From an uncultured Bacteroidales bacterium (GTDB lineage Bacteria > Bacteroidota > Bacteroidia > Bacteroidales > VadinHA17), in contig CAWJVS010000020.1 of NCBI GenBank assembly GCA_963846335.1, forward strand, positions 30,238 to 94,237: a stretch of 64,000 nt of DNA. The letters are read 5' to 3'. Below are positions 29,101-36,103 of this stretch, piece after piece. How positions within the stretch are numbered: position 1 is the stretch's first letter; each line of letters starts with the position of its first letter. The notes under the pieces are model-generated. The model did no database searches. It worked only from the letters and a program-made list of their open reading frames with translations, and was not told the DNA's origin. The translations under genes and the position numbers were made by a program.

Positions 29101-29441
29101 TTAATGGCGTATATATGAGTATTGGGTATTGCTTTCTGGGTACTTAGATTCTGGCAAAGTCCGTTGATTTCGAGTAACCCTGTGCAATTTATCCGGGCGC
29201 TGTCCCTTAATCTGTCTGCCAGGGACAGATCAAAAAACCTGGTTCCTGAACTGATCAGAATGCCCGTATTTCCAAGACGTTCAGTGGCAGATTTTTTCAG
29301 ACTTGCCCTTACTGACCATCCGGTAAGGAGAGAGCCTGTAATTACGGCTGATAATAACGCGACAATAAGAATCTGATATAAGACAGGCTTTTTATAAAAC
29401 CTGGCAGACCTGATCACTATTTTTACTATACCCGGCACCAT
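26175..29441 (-). CDS. ABC transporter permease, MacB/FtsX-type with two FtsX domains and large extracytoplasmic domains
   Basis: 1088 aa. FtsX-like 4-TM bundles at about aa 500-620 and 960-1088, each preceded by a long soluble region. Confidence 0.8.
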   Translation of the reverse strand: MVPGIVKIVIRSARFYKKPVLYQILIVALLSAVITGSLLTGWSVRASLKKSATERLGNTGILISSGTRFFDLSLADRLRDSARINCTGLLEINGLCQNLSTQKAIPNTHIYAINGDFFSFHGKEAIKINPGEVAVNEKIAVSLDLKKGDELILRFNDYSDIPADAPFAPANEEGRSLVVKVGSILKPAESADFSLSISQVVPENIFINISDIFGTSGKQIKINRLLFEINNNITTEKAYDALRNHMKPSDIGLKIIPLEKTGGYELRSDKIFLENSLVSEVKNYIPPAAPVITYLGNRISHGARSTPYSFIAALPHSLYPDIVTGNEVIVNRWLAGDLDINQGDTVEMVWYAPDSLSKLIERKSRFRVSRIVEMNGIWGDSLLMPDFPGISGSESCSEWDAGVTIKLNDIRQKDEQYWNRFRGTPKAFINYDKGVELWGNNFGPATAIRFPGSISAQEISGRLAGYLDPASNGFIITDLYSDSLLAASESVDFSSLFLSLGFFLILASVVLLSFAVTTYLDSKHIQIRTFFALGFRTGWIKQLLLAESGFISLTGSFLGSFAGMLVSFLIIKLLNTVWQGAVQTDTLSTFFSLLPILAGFLITIIIAIVFLEFKIRLHLKNLNRKKKALDTKSSPLLNLILLLISFFISAGLYILSNILKEQEVVLSFSAGTLLLIVIILLWRQYFISSFNLFSEKADPTLKLSRLYYSYYPSHAVTPILFIAAGIFAVFITGANRMSFDSSHLKPTGGTGGFLFWCDNTIPVRADLETNTGRTTLALDEEQLTGMQFVQMKRYAGNDASCLNLNHIKVPPLLGVDQNEFISRGSFSFAKAIEAGNVENPWQFLSFPPTSNTIYGIADQTVLQWGLKIKPGDTLMMRSENGQKLNIIIAAGLKSSVFQGYVVIGLDNFRKYFPSVPGSSILLVDGNKDLADLYGNTLNERLENFGVKVERTNDRLASFYEVTNTYLSVFGVFGALGMVTGIAGLGFVLLRNYNYRRREFALMLATGFNVKKIRKLILQEQIIILMAGMSAGVIPAIIATLPSLKNSSDVPWIYLISMVIIIFCTGLAALFFSLGSVTGSSLTASLKKE

Positions 29442-29464
29442 ATTAATCTACTATGTCAGTATAT

Positions 29465-30139
29465 TCAGCTTAATCTCCCGTTGCCAAGGATCATGGTGCG
29501 GGCCATTTTCCGTGCCAGTTTTTCCGAATGGGTTGCGAGGAGTAAAGTTATACCAAATTCCATGTTCATCTCAACCAGGAGTTCACCCATGTTGTCAGCG
29601 TTCTTTGCGTCGAGTGAACCTGTAGGTTCATCAGCAATCAGGATGGAAGGACTATTTATGAGAGCCCTGACAAGTGCTGCACGCTGTGCTTCTCCTCCGG
29701 AAATTGTACCCGGGTATTTGGACGAAAGCTCCGCAATCCCAGTCTGCTGCATGAGAGTGACAGCGCGTTTCTCCTTTTCTGAATACTCTTCCCTGCTCTG
29801 TTTTGTTGCAAGCAGCGGAAGAAGTATATTTTCGTGAATGGTAAGGTGCGGCAGCAGAAGGTGTTCCTGAAAAACAAAGCCAATATTACGGTTTCGGTAA
29901 GCTGCAGATTCATCATCGGTGAAATTTCTGATGTCATGTCCCATGAAGCTGATTTCACCGCTGTCCGGTTTATCCAGAAGACCTATAATATTCATGAGTG
30001 TTGTTTTCCCTGATCCGGAAGGGCCCATTATTGCGACTGTATCCCCCTGTTTCAGCTCAAGGGAAAGATTGTCAAGAACTAATCCTCTCTGTATAAACGA
30101 TTTTGATATATTTTTCAGTGAAAGCATTATGTATGACAT
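29465..30139 (-). CDS. ABC transporter ATP-binding protein (MacB/LolD-like)
   Basis: Walker A GPSGSGKTTL, signature ISGGEAQR, Walker B ILIADEPTGSLD. The likely start is MLSLKNI at 30127. Confidence 0.9.
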   Translation of the reverse strand: MSYIMLSLKNISKSFIQRGLVLDNLSLELKQGDTVAIMGPSGSGKTTLMNIIGLLDKPDSGEISFMGHDIRNFTDDESAAYRNRNIGFVFQEHLLLPHLTIHENILLPLLATKQSREEYSEKEKRAVTLMQQTGIAELSSKYPGTISGGEAQRAALVRALINSPSILIADEPTGSLDAKNADNMGELLVEMNMEFGITLLLATHSEKLARKMARTMILGNGRLS

Positions 30140-30143
30140 TAAA

Positions 30144-31043
30144 TTATTTATTCATGGTCTCATTATATACAATTGCCAGACCTTCAGACATTACCGCCAG
30201 GGACAATTCTCTCAAAACATTTTCTTTACCCCTTTGCCCAAGGCTGGCTCTCAGGGTATTATCTTCAAATAATCTTACAAGCGCTGCTGATAATTCTTCT
30301 GTGGTATCAGGAGAATAGGTTATTCCTCCCCCGGTTTTTTCAATTATTTCAGGAAATGCACCGGTCTCAGGCTGAACAACAGGAACCCCTGAAGCATTTG
30401 CTTCAAGGATATACAGGCCATATCCGTCATGCTTCCTTACGGGGACGCTCATTATGTCTATACTGCTGAAAAACTCCTCTTTGCTGTTTCCCTGAAATTC
30501 AGGATAGATTCTGATGGAGCTTTTCAAGCCATGGTATTTTATCTTCCTTATCTGCTCTGCAATGAAGGATTTATCACTACCGGTAAAGCCGCCCGACACA
30601 TGAAGTGTGAGCTCAGGCAGCTTATTCCTTGTTTTAAGGTCAATAAAGGCATCAACCAGTTTGTCAAAGCCATTCGGAGAATTTATCCTGCTGAAATATC
30701 CAACAGCAGGATAATTATTTTTCTTTGGCAGCACATTTAAATTCCTGGTGTCTATTGCCAGAGGTATTATGTGTACATTTTTACCCGAAAAACCTGTTTT
30801 TGAGATAAACAATTCTTTATAGTAGTTACTCGGCGTAATAAAAGTATCAACATTGACAGCCTCTTCCGAAATCAGTTTCCATGCATCCGAACGATATGGT
30901 TCAGCCATCTCATCAATCCAGTCATCCTCATTTAACAGGGAGCAGACAATCTTTACGTCGAGGTATTTCTTAAGCTGTCGTGCCAGACCGATTATAAGTG
31001 CATTTGAGAGATGAATTATATCCGGTTTCCCATTCTCAGTCAA
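30144..31043 (-). CDS. Glycosyltransferase family 4 (GT-B), C-terminal fragment
   Basis: PDIIHLSN, GYFSRI...KG, and E..G...LEA.A.G.PVV (the EX7E region) are typical of GT4. Confidence 0.75.
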   Translation of the reverse strand: MTENGKPDIIHLSNALIIGLARQLKKYLDVKIVCSLLNEDDWIDEMAEPYRSDAWKLISEEAVNVDTFITPSNYYKELFISKTGFSGKNVHIIPLAIDTRNLNVLPKKNNYPAVGYFSRINSPNGFDKLVDAFIDLKTRNKLPELTLHVSGGFTGSDKSFIAEQIRKIKYHGLKSSIRIYPEFQGNSKEEFFSSIDIMSVPVRKHDGYGLYILEANASGVPVVQPETGAFPEIIEKTGGGITYSPDTTEELSAALVRLFEDNTLRASLGQRGKENVLRELSLAVMSEGLAIVYNETMNK

Positions 31044-31440
31044 GATATTTAACCAGTCTTTTAAGTTCTTTGTCAGGAAATGCTTTTTCCCCCTTTATCA
31101 TACTGAGTGTCATATCCTCAAGCCCTTCAGTGTTTGTTGTGCCAGACCTGCGCGCCGCCATTTTAAGCATTGGTCCGGAATCCAGAACTTTGTCCAGTAT
31201 TGCAGGCATATTTTTCAGAAAAGGGACCTTTTCCCTGAGATACATTGATATGGCGCCGAAGAACACATTCTTGTCGAAGCCGCTCTCAGTATTTGTGTCA
31301 TCCGGGGGAAGATACAAAGGAATGGCAGAAGCTGTAATTCCCGGCACATTCCTTATTGCCCGCAGGTATATCATATCGCGGTAACAGTTTCCGCAATAAA
31401 ATGATCCGCCCGAACCTGTTATAAGATAAATAATCTTCAT
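31036..31440 (-). CDS. Glycosyltransferase family 4, N-terminal fragment
   Basis: MKIIYLITGSGGSFYCGNCYRD is the N-terminal GT-B half. It ends KYLD*, 8 nt inside the next ORF. The single GT-B fold is split, which implies a 1-nt indel near 31040. Confidence 0.65.
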   Translation of the reverse strand: MKIIYLITGSGGSFYCGNCYRDMIYLRAIRNVPGITASAIPLYLPPDDTNTESGFDKNVFFGAISMYLREKVPFLKNMPAILDKVLDSGPMLKMAARRSGTTNTEGLEDMTLSMIKGEKAFPDKELKRLVKYLD

Positions 31441-31451
31441 ATGTAAGATTT

Positions 31452-31491
31452 CTCAGTGTAACCTCTGTGTATCCTCTATGTTTCTCTGTGT
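31452..31491. repeat. Four copies of CTC(A/T)(G/A)TGT at 31452, 31463, 31474 and 31484 (minus-sense ACAYWGAG), period 10-11 nt
   Basis: Read directly. The array fills the 50-nt intercistronic spacer between the propeller-gene stop (TGA, 31491-31493, inside the first copy) and the GT4 ATG (31440). Confidence 0.85.
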
Positions 31492-31856
31492 CACTTTTTA
31501 TCTTTACCCCCAAAAGCCAGCAACCTTCCATCTTCAGTCAGGATATAAAATCTTCCTTTTACCACTGCAGGAGAGCTGCTGACGGGAGTTCCTGCATTGA
31601 AACTCCAGATCTTTTTACCGTCTGCAAGGCCAAGAATATAGACATATCCATCCATACCAGTTGCCAGTACACTGGTATCAGTAATTACCGCTGAGCTTAT
31701 AATGCGTCCGTTGGTTCTGTATTTCCATCTCAATTTCCCATCTTTCTGATCAAGCAATAGATGAATTTGTCTTCGCTTCCCAGAACAACAGCGGATGATC
31801 CTATTGCAGGAATTCCAAGAATAGCACCGGATTCTTCCCGGGAAGGAATTTTCCAC
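31491..31856 (-). CDS. PQQ-like beta-propeller repeat protein, C-terminal fragment
   Basis: GKLRWKY...GYVYILGLADGKKIWSF...GRFYILTEDGRLLAF are propeller blades. A missing G near 31760 separates it from 31730..32611. Confidence 0.7.
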   Translation of the reverse strand: MENSFPGRIRCYSWNSCNRIIRCCSGKRRQIHLLLDQKDGKLRWKYRTNGRIISSAVITDTSVLATGMDGYVYILGLADGKKIWSFNAGTPVSSSPAVVKGRFYILTEDGRLLAFGGKDKK

Positions 31857-32611
31857 AAAAGTTTACCTGAATTAAGGTTCAGACAATACTTTGTGCCATT
31901 ATAATCACCGAAATAAGCCAGTCCGGATGACAGGGCAGGAGAGGAGGCAATATAAACTCCGATTTCAATTGTATCTGTTTCACGGCCGGTTAGCGGATCA
32001 ACAATTCTGATAATGCCATCGCAACCTCCGAATACTATCCTGCCGCCAGATATAGAAGGTGTTCCGTTAACATAATTTTCAGTCTCAACTCTCCAGAGAG
32101 GTTTTCCGGTTTCGGGATCGACACAATGCAGGAAATAGTCATAACTTCCGACTACAATCCCTGCTTTGTTGCCTGATGTCCAGACATTTGCTGAACCCGC
32201 TATCTGGTTATCAGTAGCATATGACCACAATAATTTTCCCGAAATCCTGTCAATGGCATAAAGAACCCCCTCATTTGTTCCGAAAATTACTTTTTTCCCA
32301 AAGACCATGGGGGCGGCATCGACAGGGCTGCCTGCCTCATATTTCCATTTTATTTTCCCGTCTGTACCTACAGCCGTAACACTCCCCTTTTCATTGCCAA
32401 AATAGATGGTCTCATCACTAATCACAGGTGATGATTTTGTTCTTGTACCGGTAGAAATGCTCCAGATAAGAGATGGTGAAGAAGGGAGTTCGGAATCAGA
32501 TTTTCCGGTGAGATCAGCTTTCCCGCGGAATAATGGCCATTCTGATTTACTTTCCTGGGCATGGGTACCAAGCAGGGTAAAAAGGCATATTATTATTGTT
32601 AAATATCTCAT
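31730..32611 (-). CDS. PQQ-like (BamB-like) beta-propeller repeat protein with signal peptide, N-terminal fragment
   Basis: Signal peptide, then WPLFRGKADLTG, and repeated G..(I/L)(K/L)W motifs (GKIKWKY, GKLLWSY, GKPLWRV, GKLLWKI). Confidence 0.75.
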   Translation of the reverse strand: MRYLTIIICLFTLLGTHAQESKSEWPLFRGKADLTGKSDSELPSSPSLIWSISTGTRTKSSPVISDETIYFGNEKGSVTAVGTDGKIKWKYEAGSPVDAAPMVFGKKVIFGTNEGVLYAIDRISGKLLWSYATDNQIAGSANVWTSGNKAGIVVGSYDYFLHCVDPETGKPLWRVETENYVNGTPSISGGRIVFGGCDGIIRIVDPLTGRETDTIEIGVYIASSPALSSGLAYFGDYNGTKYCLNLNSGKLLWKIPSREESGAILGIPAIGSSAVVLGSEDKFIYCLIRKMGN

Positions 32612-32621
32612 CTGTGGTGTT

Positions 32622-32963
32622 TTACTTTAGCTTACTCAATGCACCGGTAGGACAGATATCAATAACCTCCCCGGTCCTGGTTTTAAGTATATTATCAAAT
32701 TCTTCAGTGAGCGGTTCGGAAATAATTGTGACAAATCCCCTGTTGATAAAGCAAAGTGCAGGTTCTTCACTTGATTCTTCACATAATCTTACACATAATC
32801 CGCATTTAATGCATTTTGCATTCTCAAAAACTAATCCTGTCCTGTAATTTATCTTTTTAACAATAGGGGCGTTGACAAGTTTTCCCCTTGGGTTTTTAAT
32901 TGCAAATTCATCCGCGAGATCCCGTAACCTGCAGTCGCCTGCGGCGCGGCAGTCACAATGCAT
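32622..32963 (-). CDS. Fe-S cluster protein, C-terminal fragment (4Fe-4S ferredoxin-type motifs)
   Basis: CMHCDCRAAGDC, CIKCGLCVRLC and ICPTGAL. The frame is open upstream to RYPFEDQAAAEAEN. Confidence 0.65.
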   Translation of the reverse strand: MHCDCRAAGDCRLRDLADEFAIKNPRGKLVNAPIVKKINYRTGLVFENAKCIKCGLCVRLCEESSEEPALCFINRGFVTIISEPLTEEFDNILKTRTGEVIDICPTGALSKLK

Positions 32964-32994
32964 GCAGTTTTCAGCTTCAGCGGCTGCCTGGTCT

Positions 32995-33702
32995 TCAAAC
33001 GGATATCTCCCTGAAGCGCACTGTATTGTCGCTGCACTCTTTTAGCCATTCAGCCTGTTCTGCAGGTTCTAATTTGCCGATCAGAGAGTTGAATCTTCCT
33101 GACGCTTTACGATTTTTTCGTTCCGCTTTGTCTTCCGTACTGCTGTCTGCAGGCCTGGAATCCGGGTCACTGGATATCCTGGCAGCATAAATAAACAATT
33201 TCATATTCCTTATTGAGACAGGAATATCTATCTTCTTCCTGCGGCACGCATTTTCGCAATAACCTGCACATTTTGTGCAGGCAATATCTCCGGAGGTTAC
33301 TTCTGCCATTGTAAGATCAGCTGCGCTGGCAAAATCTTTGCCTGCAAGGTGCCTGTTAAAAAGCGGTATATTATATCCGGCAGGACAGACAATACGGCAG
33401 GGAGCCTCACATTCAGCACGATGTTCGGAAAAGAGCAGTTCCAGCGATTTGCGTCTGAGTGCCACAACTTCATCTGAAGATACATCTATGTCCATGCCAT
33501 CCTGAACATATACGGAACAGGATGCGAAAAAGCTTTTTGTGTGGTTGTCTTTCACCATGCAAACCATGCACGATGTATAATGAGGCAAGCCATCATTATG
33601 ACAGAGTGTGGGTATAATAAATCCTGCATTTCTGGCAGCATACAGAATGGTTGATCCTTCCCGGACATCTAATTCTTTGTTATTGATCTTTATTCTGGCC
33701 AT
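32995..33702 (-). CDS. NuoG-N-terminal-like Fe-S protein (2Fe-2S plus GltD-type Fe-S region), N-terminal fragment
   Basis: MARIKINNKELDVREGSTILYAARNAGFIIPTLCH...SCMVCMV...ASC is a 2Fe-2S Fer2_4-like domain. HRAECEAPCRIVCPAGYNIP...CTKCAGYCENAC resembles the GltD/DPD N-terminal 4Fe-4S region. A frameshift near 33000 links it to 32622..32963. No catalytic domain follows. Confidence 0.65.
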   Translation of the reverse strand: MARIKINNKELDVREGSTILYAARNAGFIIPTLCHNDGLPHYTSCMVCMVKDNHTKSFFASCSVYVQDGMDIDVSSDEVVALRRKSLELLFSEHRAECEAPCRIVCPAGYNIPLFNRHLAGKDFASAADLTMAEVTSGDIACTKCAGYCENACRRKKIDIPVSIRNMKLFIYAARISSDPDSRPADSSTEDKAERKNRKASGRFNSLIGKLEPAEQAEWLKECSDNTVRFREISV

Positions 33703-36103
33703 TTACATTCACAATTTCTATTGCTTTTTCAGGACATACAATTCTGCAATTATCGCATTTGGTGCAGATTGCCTGGTCGATCTCATGCTTCTCGTAAGGT
33801 TTGAAAGGAATGGCATTGACCGGACACTCCTGGGAGCATTTGGTACAACCGGTACAATTATCAGCCACAACATATTTTATAAGTTCGCGGCATTTCTTGG
33901 CCGGGCATATACCCTTTGTGTGCATTTCATATTCTTCCCTGAAATATCTCAGTCCGGTAAGAATAGGGTTGGGGGCTGTTTTCCCAAGCCCGCACAGACT
34001 TCCGCTCCTGACCGAATTGCAGAGTATCTCAAGTTCATCAAGATCGGCAAGAGTGGCCTTTCCCTCACTAAGCCTCGTTACAATATTAAGCATGTGTTTG
34101 GTGCCAATCCTGCAGAAGGTACATTTACCGCACGACTGTTTATGTGTGAATGTCAGAAAATATTTTGCCATATCCACCATGCAATCAGTGTCATCGAGCA
34201 CCACCATGCCTCCTGATCCCATCATTGCACCCATTTTTGCCAGCTCCTCATAATCAATTTCGGTATCTGCCTTTGATGCAGGTATGCATCCGCCTGACGG
34301 GCCTCCTATCTGGACAGCCTTAAATTTTCTGCCATCAGCTATTCCATCACCTATTTTTTCAACTATCTGTCGTATTGTAATCCCCATCGGAACTTCAATC
34401 AGACCTCCTTTTGAAATTTTTCCGGCAAGTGCGAATACTTTGGTTCCCTTGCTCAGATCAGTTCCTATTGAATGGAAGGATTCCGCACCATTGGATATGA
34501 TCCATGGTACCAGTGATAGAGTCTCTACATTATTTACAAGAGTAGGCTGTCCCTTTAATCCTTTTATGGCAGGGTAGGGAGGACGCATTTTCGGAGTTCC
34601 ACGCTTCCCCTCGAGTGATGAAATAAGAGCGGTCTCTTCGCCGCATACAAATGCGCCGGCTCCTTCAAAAACCGAGATATTGAATGAAAAATCAGTTCCC
34701 ATTACCTTATCTCCCAGAATGCCGTTACTGTAACATTTTTCCAGTGCATTCCGTATCCGGGAGACTGCCAGCGGATATTCAGCCCTTATATAAAAGATTC
34801 CTTCAGTTGCCCTGGTGGCAAAGCCTGCTATCATCAATCCTTCTATGATCCTGAAGGGAAAAGATTCCAGCAGCATCCTGTCCATGAAAGCTCCGGGATC
34901 ACCCTCGTCTCCGTTGCAGACTACATACTTGTGATCCCCTTCTGAACCCCAGGATATTCTCCATTTCCGGCCGGTAGGAAATCCTGCACCACCTCTTCCG
35001 CGCAACCCGCTCCGGGTAATAATTTCAATTATCCTGTCCTGGTCCAATTCATTAAGACATTTCCTAAGGGCGGAAAAACCACCAAGCATACAATATTCAT
35101 CATAGGAATCAGGAGTCAGTGTACCACTGTCAGTTGTTGCTATATGAATCTGGTAATCAAGGAAATTATTGAGATATCTCTCCCTGTGCTCGTCAGTGAC
35201 GTTTATCTGACTTGAAAGCTTATCATCCGAAAGAAATGTATCTACAAGGTCTAAAATGTTATGTTTTAGACGTTTGTTCAGAGACCTTGGTTTGATATGC
35301 TTAAGCAGGATTTCCTCCACCTCATGTCTGCGGACATTTGTATATCTGAAACTAACATTGTCTTTTGTAACTATTTCAAGAAGAGGCGTTTGATTGCAAA
35401 CTCCCACGCATCCCACCGGTTTCATGCTGATATTCAGGTCAAATCTTCCTTTGATAGCCACTATCTCCGAAAGGATCTCTTTGCTTCCTCCGGCAACACA
35501 ACAGGATCCCAGTCCAATCCTTACCTCAGCATCAATGTCATTTCCGGGTGTTTCTCCGGCAGTTTCCCTGTTGTCAATGCCAGTTTTAAGGAAATCATTA
35601 ATTATTTCATCTACCTGGGTTGGTTTTACGTGCCCGTAAGTCTTCCCGTCAATCTGAACAACCGGAGCAAGCGTGCAACAGCCGAGACAGGCCACTTCTT
35701 CAATTGAAAAAAGATTGTCGGGTGAGGCATTTCGGGTGTCATCAATTTTCAGAACTCTTTTGAATGCATCAGAGATAAGCGGTGCACCCTTTACATGGCA
35801 TGCAGTACCCGAGCATACCTTTATAGTGTGTCTGCCTGCAGGAATATGCCTGAACTGAGAATAGAAGGTTGATACCCCGGATATTTGTCCTGGTGTAATG
35901 TCGGTAACCTGACAGATATGCCTTAGCGCTTCAGACGGAAGATAGTTCAGCCTCTTCTGTACCTCCTGAAGGATCATAATTACCTTTTCAGGTTCCTTTC
36001 CTGTGAAGCTGACTACCTCATCAACAGCGCGGTTGATGTCTTCAACTGAGATCTGTTCGCAGTCACACCCGGTCTTTTCTTTATATGTTTCAGTCTGCTT
36101 CAA
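33680..36103 (-). CDS. Fused NuoE-like / thioredoxin-like 2Fe-2S / NuoF-like NADH-FMN flavoprotein with C-terminal 2x[4Fe-4S] ferredoxin domain
   Basis: 807 aa. NuoE part: VCSGTACHVKG...ACLGCC. HndB-like part: GSCCVAGG...CVGVC. NuoF part: GLRGRGGAGFPTGRKW, VCNGDEGDPGAFMDR, SCGKCTFCRIG. C-terminus: CTGCTKCSQECP and CTKCDNCRIVCP. Confidence 0.85.
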   Translation of the reverse strand: MKQTETYKEKTGCDCEQISVEDINRAVDEVVSFTGKEPEKVIMILQEVQKRLNYLPSEALRHICQVTDITPGQISGVSTFYSQFRHIPAGRHTIKVCSGTACHVKGAPLISDAFKRVLKIDDTRNASPDNLFSIEEVACLGCCTLAPVVQIDGKTYGHVKPTQVDEIINDFLKTGIDNRETAGETPGNDIDAEVRIGLGSCCVAGGSKEILSEIVAIKGRFDLNISMKPVGCVGVCNQTPLLEIVTKDNVSFRYTNVRRHEVEEILLKHIKPRSLNKRLKHNILDLVDTFLSDDKLSSQINVTDEHRERYLNNFLDYQIHIATTDSGTLTPDSYDEYCMLGGFSALRKCLNELDQDRIIEIITRSGLRGRGGAGFPTGRKWRISWGSEGDHKYVVCNGDEGDPGAFMDRMLLESFPFRIIEGLMIAGFATRATEGIFYIRAEYPLAVSRIRNALEKCYSNGILGDKVMGTDFSFNISVFEGAGAFVCGEETALISSLEGKRGTPKMRPPYPAIKGLKGQPTLVNNVETLSLVPWIISNGAESFHSIGTDLSKGTKVFALAGKISKGGLIEVPMGITIRQIVEKIGDGIADGRKFKAVQIGGPSGGCIPASKADTEIDYEELAKMGAMMGSGGMVVLDDTDCMVDMAKYFLTFTHKQSCGKCTFCRIGTKHMLNIVTRLSEGKATLADLDELEILCNSVRSGSLCGLGKTAPNPILTGLRYFREEYEMHTKGICPAKKCRELIKYVVADNCTGCTKCSQECPVNAIPFKPYEKHEIDQAICTKCDNCRIVCPEKAIEIVNVNGQNKDQ

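Noticed and set aside
32622-36103. Annotating the NuoE/F/G-like genes as respiratory complex I or as an [FeFe]-hydrogenase.
   Set aside because: There are no NuoA-D or NuoH-N genes. There is no H-cluster or large-subunit domain, and no molybdopterin domain on any strand or frame nearby. Only the diaphorase-type module is present.
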